Below are positions 55,563 through 64,000 of a stretch of DNA of 64,000 nt, piece by piece. This DNA comes from an uncultured Syntrophomonadaceae bacterium (GTDB lineage: Bacteria > Bacillota > Dethiobacteria > DTU022), in assembly GCA_964420065.1 (NCBI GenBank), contig CAYQQK010000007.1, positions 5,462-69,461 on the forward strand, in the 5' to 3' direction. The translations under genes and the position numbers were made by a program. Positions within the stretch are counted from its first letter, which is position 1. Every line of letters begins with the position of its first letter. The notes under the pieces are model-generated. The model did no database searches. It was not told the DNA's origin and saw only the letters and a list, made by a program, of their open reading frames with translations.

Positions 55563-55925
55563 AGCAGCTCCTCCCTGTCCCTGTGATCTATTTTTTACGG
55601 CGGGCGCCTGGCCGGGGATCAATCTACTACAACCGGCTCCAGGTCACATTGTAACATTTTCATTCATGGATGAACATACCATGGCGTCGTTTCGGTTTCA
55701 GGGGCGGTCCGGACGGCAGGATACGGCAAATAGCAACAGATTTCAAGGAAATTTTTGATCGGGGTGGGAAGCCCCAATTTACGGCAGGGACGTTTTTCTG
55801 CCACTACTGCTCTTTTCAGCGCCGTTCCCCTCTTTTTTTCTCGAAACAGAACTGCTATAATGAGCAACAGGATTGAAAGGCTTGGTTTGGGCCCTGCCCG
55901 CAGCAGAAGTAAAGGAGGAGACGAT

Positions 55926-56021
55926 CTGTCCAAAAAAGATAGGACCAGCAAGCAGCTCAAGCGTCTGCGGAAGAAGCGGCGCCGGGCGAAAAAGAGGAAA
56001 AGACTCAAAGGCCGGACCTGA
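55926..56021 (+). CDS. Putative 31-aa Lys/Arg-rich peptide (CTG start)
   Basis: SD AAAGGAGG (55911-55918), 7 nt, CTG, then SKKDRTSKQLKRLRKKRRRAKKRKRLKGRT; extended -10 TG-C-TATAAT at 55853-55861 upstream. Confidence 0.5.
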   Translation: MSKKDRTSKQLKRLRKKRRRAKKRKRLKGRT

Positions 56022-56128
56022 TCAACACGGTATTCCTTCCAGGTGAGTCGATAAAGCGGCCGTTCAAGGAAGAAAAAAGTTTTTGGGGTAACGTATGGGC
56101 GTGGTTTGGAGATCAAGGAGGTAGCAAA

Positions 56129-57724
56129 GTGCGTATTCTGGTCAGCGACCCCCTTTCGGCGGAAGGGGTGGCTTTGCTGGAACGGGAAGCCCGGGTCGAT
56201 CAAAAAACGGGGCTTTCTGAAGAAGAATTGGTAGCAATAATCAAGGATTACGACGCCCTGGTGGTACGGAGCGGTACCCGGGTGACCGCATCGGTGATCG
56301 ATGCCGGCAACGCTTTGAAGGTCATCGGTCGGGCCGGGGTCGGGGTGGATAACATTGATGTGGAACATGCTACCGAGCGTGGCATCATTGTCATCAATGC
56401 CCCGGAAGGCAACACCATTGCCGCTGCCGAGCATACCGTGGCCATGCTCACCGCGCTGGCCCGGAACATCCCCCAGGCTTATTGTTCCCTGCGGGAAGGG
56501 TGCTGGGAGCGCGGTCGTTTCATGGGGGTGGAACTGAACCAAAAGGTGCTCGGGATTATCGGTCTGGGACGCATCGGCGGCGAGGTAGCCCGGAGGGCCA
56601 GGGCGATGGGGATGACCATACTTGCTTACGATCCGTACATTGCCCCCGAACAAGCCGAAAAAATTGGGGCACGGCCTGCTTCTCTGGAGCAGGTTTACCG
56701 GGAATCCGATTTTATTACCCTTCATTTTCCCCGCAGCGAGGCTACTTATCATCTCATTGGCGAGGCAGAGTTGGCCCGGATGAAACCGGGAGTGCGATTG
56801 GTCAATTGTGCCCGGGGCGGGCTGATCGATGAGGCGGCCCTTTTCCGGGCTCTGGTTGAAGGCCGGGTTGCCGGGGCGGCACTGGACGTCTTTGAGGAAG
56901 AACCGCTTTGCGACAGCCCCCTTCTGACCCTTCCCAACGTAGTACTCACGCCCCACCTCGGTGCATCCACGCGGGAAGCTCAGGTGAACGTTGCGCTCCA
57001 GGTGGCCGAACAGGTGTTGTTGGCCTTGCGCGGAGAACCGGTGGTCTCGGCGGTCAACGTTCCGGCCATGCTGCCGGAAAAAATGGCCGAACTAAAACCG
57101 TTTTTACCGTTGTTGGGTCTTTTGGGTAGTTTCTATATCCAGAATTATGGCGGTCAGATCAGGGAAGTCGAGATTCATTACGGTGGTGCGGTCGCCGCAA
57201 TGCCCCTTGCCCCGTTGACCGCCTCCTGCCTCATCGGTATGTTGAGCTATATCCTGGGGGAACAGGTTAATTTCGTCAACGCTTCCCATCTGGCTCGTAG
57301 CCGGGGCATTCGCGTGCGGGAGGTGACCAGCCCGGATATTGAGAATTTCACCAATCTGGTCACGCTTACCGTTCGTTCCGGGAACAAGATTCATTCTGTT
57401 GCCGGTACCATCTTTAACCGTACCGACATCCGTCTGGTTCAGATCGATCGTTACCGGATCGAGGTGGTTCCCTCCCGCTACATGGTGGTCTGTCATTATA
57501 TTGACAAGCCCGGGGTGATCGGACGGGTCGGCACTTATCTCGGTCGCTGCGGGATTAACATTGCCGGTATGCAGGTCGGTCGTCGGTCGATCGGGGGCGA
57601 GGCGGTCATGGTTTTACAGGTTGACGACCCGATTGCTCCCGCTCTTGTTGAAGAGCTGGGACAATTGGAAGGGGTTGAATCGACCCGTTTTGTCAGGCTT
57701 GATCCCCGGGGCTACCCGGATTGA
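56129..57724 (+). CDS. serA: D-3-phosphoglycerate dehydrogenase
   Basis: LVVRSGT, GRAGVGVDNID, NAPEGNTIAAAEH, GLGRIG, NCARGG, DVFEEEP, TPHLGAST, C-terminal ASB and ACT domains. Confidence 0.95.
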   Translation: MRILVSDPLSAEGVALLEREARVDQKTGLSEEELVAIIKDYDALVVRSGTRVTASVIDAGNALKVIGRAGVGVDNIDVEHATERGIIVINAPEGNTIAAAEHTVAMLTALARNIPQAYCSLREGCWERGRFMGVELNQKVLGIIGLGRIGGEVARRARAMGMTILAYDPYIAPEQAEKIGARPASLEQVYRESDFITLHFPRSEATYHLIGEAELARMKPGVRLVNCARGGLIDEAALFRALVEGRVAGAALDVFEEEPLCDSPLLTLPNVVLTPHLGASTREAQVNVALQVAEQVLLALRGEPVVSAVNVPAMLPEKMAELKPFLPLLGLLGSFYIQNYGGQIREVEIHYGGAVAAMPLAPLTASCLIGMLSYILGEQVNFVNASHLARSRGIRVREVTSPDIENFTNLVTLTVRSGNKIHSVAGTIFNRTDIRLVQIDRYRIEVVPSRYMVVCHYIDKPGVIGRVGTYLGRCGINIAGMQVGRRSIGGEAVMVLQVDDPIAPALVEELGQLEGVESTRFVRLDPRGYPD

Positions 57725-57782
57725 TCCCAAACACAATCTTTGCTCCCAGTAAAAACCAGGTGATCTGAAAGGAGGCCTTTTT

Positions 57783-57986
57783 TTGCCGCTGTACGAATTC
57801 CTTTGTCCCCGTTGTGGATACAAGAGTGAGCGTCTCTGCCGCGGGCCGGAGGAAACGTCGGAATGTCCGGTCTGCGGGACGGCGGCCCGGCGCCTATTTT
57901 CCACGTTTCGTCGTGGCCGGGGCGCAGGCGCCGCTTCATCTGGTGCTTGCGGTGGGTGAAACATAAAAAATTGCAGCAGTTGCTGA
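57783..57986 (+). CDS. FmdB-family (CxxC_CxxC_SSSS) zinc-ribbon protein, probable selenoprotein (UGA at 57957-57959)
   Basis: Not in the ORF track; SD AAGGAGG, TTG 57783; MPLYEFLCPRCG...CPVCG...LFSTF...SSGACGG-[TGA]-NIKNCSSC-TGA. Confidence 0.8.
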
Positions 57987-57989
57987 CAA
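57971..57989 (+). promoter_or_regulatory. SECIS-like hairpin
   Basis: 11 nt after the in-frame UGA: TTGCAGC-AGTT-GCTG(A)CAA, G in second loop position, loop begins 18 nt from the UGA. Confidence 0.55.
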
Positions 57990-58117
57990 CGATCGATCCA
58001 TTGTCGAATAATAGCAAACCGGATATATTTTAGAGAATATGGAAATTCTTATGTCTCGACAAAGGATCTTCTACCTGCCTGGAGAATAGAACGGAGGACC
58101 AGGTAAGGGGGTATATT

Positions 58118-58711
58118 ATGGTTGTAAAAAAACAAGGGATCGTTTCCGGCTGGAAAGACGGAACGGGGGTTCATTGTTGTTATTTTTACTACGGCATACC
58201 ACATTTACTGTCATCCGTGTCCTCTCTCGTCCGGATGGTGCTTCTTCAAAACAACCGCTGCATACTCAGTCTTGATCCGGAACTACGGCGAAGGGTGGCC
58301 GGCGGCCTGACAGCGGAGGGTTTTGACGTGGCCGAACTAGAACGGCAGGACCGGCTTGAACTGTTTACGGAAACCGAGATCGATCAATTTTACCGGACCG
58401 GTGTTCCGGGTTTGAACCGGCAGGACCGGTACTGGGAGAAACGGCTTGAAATGTCTGGGTTGGCCGGTCAGTTTATGATCGGACAGGCCGAACTGGCGAT
58501 CAAAGCAATCGGTTGGGAAGCATTTCTTCATTATGAACGTGAGGTTGGCCCGGTTCTGGAACATAATCGCATGAATCTGATCTGTCTTTATCCCTTCGCG
58601 CGAACCTGCATGGGACCTTATTACAAGGCGGTCCGGGCAGCACATCCGCAACTGCTGAGCGCCGGCAATCTGCTCGAACAGGGAAAAAGCATGGTTGGCC
58701 AAACGGCATGA
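58118..58711 (+). CDS. MEDS-like sensory domain protein
   Basis: HCCYFY near the N-terminus and FLHYEREV...NLICLYP near the C-terminus resemble the MEDS H-x-C-x-FY and YE...C-x-Y motifs. Confidence 0.6.
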   Translation: MVVKKQGIVSGWKDGTGVHCCYFYYGIPHLLSSVSSLVRMVLLQNNRCILSLDPELRRRVAGGLTAEGFDVAELERQDRLELFTETEIDQFYRTGVPGLNRQDRYWEKRLEMSGLAGQFMIGQAELAIKAIGWEAFLHYEREVGPVLEHNRMNLICLYPFARTCMGPYYKAVRAAHPQLLSAGNLLEQGKSMVGQTA

Positions 58712-58893
58712 AAGAAACCGGCAGGGGGCAAAGCGATATCTGGTCTCTTCTTGCAGAAATAGATGCGCTGCGCGACCTGTTGGAAGAGACATATGCGGCG
58801 GAGGGGGCTTTTTCGCCGAAGGTGCTGCAGGTTTCCAGGGAGCTTGACGAGCGAATCAGCGATTATCTCGGACTAAAAGAAGATTGGCTATGA
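58708..58893 (+). CDS. Spo0E-family aspartyl-phosphate phosphatase
   Basis: EIDALRDLL.......GAFSPKVLQVSRELDERISDY (SxELD motif); ATG overlaps the upstream TGA. Confidence 0.75.
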   Translation: MKETGRGQSDIWSLLAEIDALRDLLEETYAAEGAFSPKVLQVSRELDERISDYLGLKEDWL

Positions 58894-59088
58894 TCTGTTT
58901 CGATCGTTACCACGGCGTCGTTATATGGTGTTAAAGAAAATCCCGGTCTGAATCCCGGGTTTTTGTTTAAAACCGTTTCCGGGTACCGGCGGCAACATGC
59001 CTTGCCTCGGGAAGGGAAAGGAAGGCATTTGTCGAATGACATACATTTGTAAGTCGAACTTTTCTGCGGGCAAACAGGAGGCATACCG

Positions 59089-60714
59089 ATGACCAAGCAT
59101 ATTTTTGTTACCGGCGGCGTGGTTTCTTCTCTGGGGAAGGGCATTACTGCCGCTTCTCTGGGATGCTTGCTCAAGACCCGCGGTTTGAAGCTGACCATGC
59201 AAAAGCTCGACCCCTACATCAATCTTGATCCGGGCACTATGAGCCCGTACCAGCATGGAGAAATATTTGTCACCGATGACGGGGCGGAAACCGATCTTGA
59301 TCTGGGCCATTACGAGCGCTTCATCGATGAAAATTTGACCCGGGATAGCAATGTCACCACCGGACGGGTTTACTGGTCGGTCATACAAAAAGAGCGGAAA
59401 GGCGGTTTCAGGGGGAAAACGGTGCAGGTCATCCCGCACATTACGGACGAGATCAAGGCCCGGGTGCAGACAATTCCACGGGCCAATCCCGATCTGGACG
59501 TGCTTATCACCGAAATCGGCGGGACGGTGGGGGATATCGAAAGTCTTCCCTTTCTGGAAGCCATCCGCCAGATGCGGGCTGATCTGGGCCGAGAAAACGT
59601 GATCTACATTCACGTCACCCTGGTCCCGTACCTGCCCATGTCCGGAGAATTAAAGACCAAGCCGACCCAGCACAGTGTCAAAGAGCTGCGCAGTATCGGT
59701 ATTCAGCCCGATCTGATTGTCTGCCGCACCGAACAACCCCTGCCCCGGGAGCTGAAAGATAAAATTGCCCTCTTTTGCGATATCGAGCCGCATGAGGTGA
59801 TCGAAAATTTGAGCACCCCCATTATTTACGCGGTTCCCCTGATGATGCAAGAACAGCGTCTGGATGAGCTGGTTTGCCGGAAGCTGCACCTGAACTACGG
59901 TCCTGGGGATATGAGCGGTTGGCGCCGGGAGGTGGAGAGGGCGGGACGCCTGCAAAACCACGTCACCATTGCCCTGGTGGGCAAGTACATTTCGCTGCCG
60001 GACGCTTATTTAAGTATTAACGAATCACTTTTTCATGGCGGGCTTCACCATGATACGGCAGTAGAAGTAAAGCTGATCAACGCCGAAGAGATGGAGTGCA
60101 CTCGGCCGGAAGAGTCCCTGCGGGGTGTAGACGGGATCCTGGTCCCGGGGGGATTCGGAAACCGGGGCATAGAAGGAAAGATCAACGCGGTCCGGGTAGC
60201 CCGGGAGCAGAAAATACCTTTCCTTGGAATTTGCCTCGGGATGCAGTGCGCTGTGATCGAATTTGCCCGAAACGTGGCCGGATTGGAGGGGGCTCACAGT
60301 GTTGAATTTGACGATCAAACCCCGCACCCGGTGATCGATTTTGTACCGGGGCAGGAGGAGGAAACCCGGGTCGGCGGTACTTTGCGTCTCGGAGCGCACC
60401 CTTGCCTGCTGAAAGAAGGGACCCTGGCCAGTTCTATTTATGGAACAACCCGGATCTCCGAACGGCATCGTCACCGTTACGGGTTTGCCGATCGTTACCG
60501 CACGACGCTGGAGGATAAAGGTTTGATCTGTAGTGGTGCCGCCCGGGAAACCGGCCAGGTCGAAATTGTGGAGCTGGCGGATCATCCCTGGTTCGTAGGC
60601 AGCCAGTACCATCCGGAATTCAAATCGCGCCTGCACTGCCCCCATCCTTTATTCCGGGATTTTATTGGGGCCGCGCTACGTCGGAAGGGCGGGATCGGAC
60701 CGGAAAACCGGTGA
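59089..60714 (+). CDS. pyrG: CTP synthase
   Basis: [72 protein letters not shown] (glutaminase triad intact). Confidence 0.97.
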   Translation: MTKHIFVTGGVVSSLGKGITAASLGCLLKTRGLKLTMQKLDPYINLDPGTMSPYQHGEIFVTDDGAETDLDLGHYERFIDENLTRDSNVTTGRVYWSVIQKERKGGFRGKTVQVIPHITDEIKARVQTIPRANPDLDVLITEIGGTVGDIESLPFLEAIRQMRADLGRENVIYIHVTLVPYLPMSGELKTKPTQHSVKELRSIGIQPDLIVCRTEQPLPRELKDKIALFCDIEPHEVIENLSTPIIYAVPLMMQEQRLDELVCRKLHLNYGPGDMSGWRREVERAGRLQNHVTIALVGKYISLPDAYLSINESLFHGGLHHDTAVEVKLINAEEMECTRPEESLRGVDGILVPGGFGNRGIEGKINAVRVAREQKIPFLGICLGMQCAVIEFARNVAGLEGAHSVEFDDQTPHPVIDFVPGQEEETRVGGTLRLGAHPCLLKEGTLASSIYGTTRISERHRHRYGFADRYRTTLEDKGLICSGAARETGQVEIVELADHPWFVGSQYHPEFKSRLHCPHPLFRDFIGAALRRKGGIGPENR

Positions 60715-60773
60715 TCCGGGGTTGACGGAAAGGCCGGATCCGGCAAGAGCTTTGCCGGTTAAGCCGGAATCCT

Positions 60774-61880
60774 TCAATGCGGCCGATGATGCTGGAGGAT
60801 GTTTTCCAGTACCGTCCGTGAGAGATCGTTGATCTCTTCAAAGCGCATGTTTGGGATATAATAAGCTTCCAGTTCGTCGTGAACTTCCCGAACCCGGCGG
60901 AGGAAAGATATGGCTGTTTCAAGGGATTGCTGAAAGTAGGTCCGGGCAATTGTCCGTTCCCCGGCGACTCGGGTGTCCGGGTGATGGACGAAAATGCCGG
61001 TTTCAATGACCCGGTCGCTGCCGCAGGCTTCCATCTGGTGTGGGGGGACGCTGTTCACGACTCCGGTTTTCAGTTCGGGGATGATCACGTGATCGATCCG
61101 GTACGGATCGAGGGCGCAGTGGTAGGCTTCGACGAAAAACCCTCGCAGGATCGCCGCATCTTTGATCCGGGTGATCAGTTCGTTTTTGCCGGTGCCATCG
61201 TCTCCGGAAACGATGTAAAGGTTGCTCACGCCGGCGATGATCGTTTCAAGGTGATCGACTGTTCCATCGGGAGTAATGGCGGTGGCAAAGAGGTGACGTT
61301 CCCGGCGCCGGTGCTCGTAAGGGCCGGTTTTATTGTTAAAAATGGCATCGATTACCTCTAGCGATTGACGTTGCAGGCCGGCCTGGTCCAGGGCGTTATT
61401 TTCCCGGTAATAATCTTCCACCTCGTCCAAAAAAAGCTTGGCCGCGGCCAGATAACGGTAGGTACGGCGATAAAGACGGGCTTTCTCCCGGTTTGCGCGT
61501 ATTATCTTTTCGCGGTGGGCGACCATGGCGGCTTCGTTCCAAAATTCCCCAAGGTGGATGATCTCATCCACTGCGCCCGGGTTCTTCGGATCGACCACGT
61601 GAGGCGCGGTCCCGTCGATGCAGGCGATCTTCAGGGCGGGGATAACAATACCGTCCAGGGAAGTGCTGTCGGCAGAGCAGCAGTGATATTCCAGATCCAG
61701 GCCCCGCCGGAGCAGCTCTCGGCCGATATTGCGCATGAAAGTAGATTTCCCCACCCCCGGGCCGCCCTTGATCACGAAAATGCGGGTGGCGTCTTCCTCG
61801 ATAATCTGGTCGTAAAATGAATAAAAACCATAAGCCGAATTGGAACCGGGAAATACCTTTTTTAACTTTCCGCGGGGCAT
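60774..61880 (-). CDS. PRK06851-family tandem P-loop ATPase
   Basis: FPGSNSAYGFYSFY, KGGPGVGKSTFM, HCCSAD..SLDG, DGTAPHVVDP, FATAITPDG, second P-loop GDDGTGKN. Confidence 0.85.
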   Translation of the reverse strand: MPRGKLKKVFPGSNSAYGFYSFYDQIIEEDATRIFVIKGGPGVGKSTFMRNIGRELLRRGLDLEYHCCSADSTSLDGIVIPALKIACIDGTAPHVVDPKNPGAVDEIIHLGEFWNEAAMVAHREKIIRANREKARLYRRTYRYLAAAKLFLDEVEDYYRENNALDQAGLQRQSLEVIDAIFNNKTGPYEHRRRERHLFATAITPDGTVDHLETIIAGVSNLYIVSGDDGTGKNELITRIKDAAILRGFFVEAYHCALDPYRIDHVIIPELKTGVVNSVPPHQMEACGSDRVIETGIFVHHPDTRVAGERTIARTYFQQSLETAISFLRRVREVHDELEAYYIPNMRFEEINDLSRTVLENILQHHRPH

Positions 61881-62072
61881 CGATCAAGCACCCTCCCCTG
61901 TATTTTAGAACTAACTTATACTATGTGCCAAAAGGGGTTTTGGTTAGTCCCCGGCTGTAGGCCGGGGTGCAGGATCAGCCCGGCCGGGTGCCGAACTAGT
62001 GGCCATTACGGTGATGTTGCATCGGACGGGAGCATAATAGAGAATATGCAACATCAATGGAGGAATGAAACG

Positions 62073-63467
62073 GTGTTCAAAGTTCGGTCAGGCGCACGCC
62101 CCCGGGAAGCCTGCGGCATTTTTGCCATTCACAACTACCGGGGCAGCCGCACCGCCGCCGAAATATCTTTTTTCGGCCTGCTGGCCCTGCAGCACCGCGG
62201 TCAAGAAAGTGCCGGGATGGCTTATTCTGCCGCGGACGGCATGCAGTGCTACCGGGGGGCGGGCCTAGTCGCCCAGGTATTTTCCCGGGAAGCCCTGGCC
62301 GAAATTACGGCGCCCTCCATCTTGGGGCATGTTTGTGATTCCGGTGGGAGCGACATGAAACAGCCGCTGGTGGCCCGTCCAGCCCGCGGTGGAGGCCTGG
62401 CCGTGGCCCATAACGGTAATCTTTTTTTTGCGGCCGCCTTGCGCCGGGAACTGTTCGAACAGGGCCAAATTTTTCACACGGTATCCGATAGCGAGGTCAT
62501 GCTGACCTTGCTGTTCCGCTACCGCCGCCACGGTCCTGCAGCGTCTGTCCGCCGGATGATGCACCTGGCGGAGGGTGCTTACGCCGCCGTCGTTGTTGAT
62601 GCCCGGCGAACCGTTGCTTTTCGGGACCCGCGCGGCTTTCGTCCCTTGTGTATCGGCCGCCTCGAAAAGGCTTATGTTTTTGCCTCCGAAAGCTGCGCTC
62701 TTGATGCCGTGGGCGCGTCATATTTGAGGGAGGTCGAGCCCGGAGAGATCGTTGTCGTGGAGGGCGAGAATCTGATTTCCCATCCCGCACCGGCTTCGAT
62801 TCCCCGTGCGTTTTGCATCTTTGAATATCTCTATTTCGCCCGGCCCGACAGCGTTCTTGGGGGGCAAAATGTGCACCTGGTGCGTAAGGCTATCGGCGCC
62901 GGGTTGGCCCAGCGGCTTCCCGGGCAAATTGATCTGGTTGTTCCTTCACCCGATTCCGGTGTTTCCGCGGCCATGGGTCTGGCCGAAGCGGCGGGATTGC
63001 CCCTCGAGTGGGGGATCCACCGCAGTTCCTATCACGGGCGTTCTTTTATTGAACCAACCGCGCGCAGCCGGGAAATGACGGCACGGCTTAAATACAACCC
63101 GGTTACCGCTTTGGTGTGGGGGAAACGGGTTGCGGTGGTGGATGATTCCCTGGTCCGCGGCACTACCGCTCGGATCATAACCGCCCTATTGCACCAGGCC
63201 GGCGCGGCGGAGGTGCATCTCTGTATCGCCGCGCCACCGCATTTTTATCCTTGCCATTACGGAATTGATATTCCACTGTCTTCCGAACTGGCTGCGGTGA
63301 ATTGCAGTCCGAAATCCCTGGCCCGGTCGGTTGGCGCGGACAGTATCACCTATGCCACTTTGGAAGATCTTTTTGCCGCCGTACGGGGCGACGCTGCAGA
63401 TTACTGCACCGCCTGCTTTACCGGCTCCTACCCGGCCGGTGCGGGCCGAAAGGTGGAGAACGGCTAA
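62073..63467 (+). CDS. purF: Amidophosphoribosyltransferase with degenerate glutamine-binding motif
   Basis: REA|CGIF propeptide/Ntn Cys, LQHRGQESAG, HNGNL, SDSEV, RDPRGFRPL, CIFEYLYFARPDS, VDDSLVRGTT, PCHYGID, CTACFTG; GHVRYST replaced by GHVCDSG; GTG 62073 after GGAGG. Confidence 0.9.
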   Translation: MFKVRSGARPREACGIFAIHNYRGSRTAAEISFFGLLALQHRGQESAGMAYSAADGMQCYRGAGLVAQVFSREALAEITAPSILGHVCDSGGSDMKQPLVARPARGGGLAVAHNGNLFFAAALRRELFEQGQIFHTVSDSEVMLTLLFRYRRHGPAASVRRMMHLAEGAYAAVVVDARRTVAFRDPRGFRPLCIGRLEKAYVFASESCALDAVGASYLREVEPGEIVVVEGENLISHPAPASIPRAFCIFEYLYFARPDSVLGGQNVHLVRKAIGAGLAQRLPGQIDLVVPSPDSGVSAAMGLAEAAGLPLEWGIHRSSYHGRSFIEPTARSREMTARLKYNPVTALVWGKRVAVVDDSLVRGTTARIITALLHQAGAAEVHLCIAAPPHFYPCHYGIDIPLSSELAAVNCSPKSLARSVGADSITYATLEDLFAAVRGDAADYCTACFTGSYPAGAGRKVENG

Positions 63468-64000
63468 TGGATCACTTCGTGGTCGATGACGGTTGGGACG
63501 CCCGGACAGCAGATAAATTTGTTCACGCCGCCGTCGCCGGGATCCGCCGTACCGTCAGCCCGGAGGGACGGGTGGTTTGTGCTTTAAGCGGCGGTATCGA
63601 TTCCAGCGTGGTCGCATTTCTGCTGGACCGGGCGGTCGGTGAACGCACCGTTTATATTTTTGTTGACCACGGACTACTGCGGCGGGACGAGGCGGAGGCC
63701 ATCACCCGCTTTTTTCGGGAACGGTTGCAGGGCGAATTTGTAGCCGTCGACGCCCGAAAGCGCTTTCTGGCGCGCCTGAAAGGGGTGATCGACCCGGAGA
63801 AGAAACGCCGGGCCATTGGCGCGGAATTCATTACGGTCTTTAAGGAAGAAGCCCTTTTACGGGGAGATATCCGTTACCTTGCCCAGGGAACCATCTCTTC
63901 AGACGTGGTGGAAAGCGGCGCTGCCGGCAGCGGTGCGATCAAAGCGCATCATAATGTGGGCGGTCTGCCCGCCGAACTCGGTTTTACCCTGGTAGAGCCG
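63467..64000 (+). CDS. guaA: GMP synthase ATP-pyrophosphatase (synthetase) subunit without GATase domain; runs off the window end
   Basis: Not in the ORF track; ATG overlaps the purF TAA; MDHFVVDDGWDARTADKFV...VVCALSGGIDSSV...FVDHGLLR...DPEKKR..IG..FI...LAQGT...DVVES...IKAHHNVGGLP. Confidence 0.88.
   Translation, partial: MDHFVVDDGWDARTADKFVHAAVAGIRRTVSPEGRVVCALSGGIDSSVVAFLLDRAVGERTVYIFVDHGLLRRDEAEAITRFFRERLQGEFVAVDARKRFLARLKGVIDPEKKRRAIGAEFITVFKEEALLRGDIRYLAQGTISSDVVESGAAGSGAIKAHHNVGGLPAELGFTLVEP

Noticed and set aside
55575-55760. Searched for NrdR boxes or a cobalamin riboswitch upstream of nrdJ
   Set aside because: No convincing match by eye.
55664-56956. 430-aa minus-strand ORF
   Set aside because: Antisense shadow of serA with no recognisable motifs; typical of high-GC codon bias.
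58980-59060. Hairpin ATGCCTT...AAGGCAT in the pyrG leader as a possible attenuator
   Set aside because: No U tract and the transcription start is unknown, so a Bacillus-type reiterative-transcription attenuator cannot be supported.
60712-60762. Read-through of the pyrG TGA gives VDGKAGSGKS, a Walker A-like string, with nearby hairpins
   Set aside because: Only 15 codons before TAA, no start signal, no conserved Cys at that position in PyrG; the hairpin is better explained as the terminator between convergent genes.

Overview
64 kb chromosomal segment, roughly 60% GC by eye, from an anaerobic Bacillota (inferred from Spo0E-like, DUF2512/YndM-like and PRK06851-family genes, sigmaA-type promoters and AGGAGG Shine-Dalgarno sites). 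Mostly metabolic and housekeeping genes: gatC/gatA-like, recCBD, a Ddl-like ATP-grasp ligase plus KamA, a cyclic amidohydrolase, cpsB-like phosphatase, galE, MmgE/PrpD with a soluble Fe-S/flavoprotein pair, a citrate lyase cluster, a sodium:solute symporter, iorAB, nitroreductase, trxA, azlCD, pyrB, six tRNAs, typA, a selenium-dependent Mo-hydroxylase maturation cluster, an opp ABC transporter, nrdJ, serA, pyrG, purF and the start of guaA. No CRISPR array or intact transposase was seen. Notable items, several absent from the supplied ORF track: (1) a 25-aa hydrophobic peptide gene with a perfect SD heading an HD-GYP phosphodiesterase and a DUF5317 membrane protein, a candidate peptide-to-cyclic-dinucleotide signalling cassette; (2) an FmdB-type zinc-ribbon gene with an in-frame UGA at a CxxC cysteine position and a SECIS-like hairpin; (3) three amidotransferases (GatA, PurF, GuaA) that have each lost glutamine-handling parts while PyrG keeps them; (4) a CitC lacking its ATP-binding motif; (5) a group IIC intron 5' remnant behind a tRNA terminator and a REPIN/MITE-like inverted repeat. 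All family assignments come from motif recognition by eye; no database search was run.
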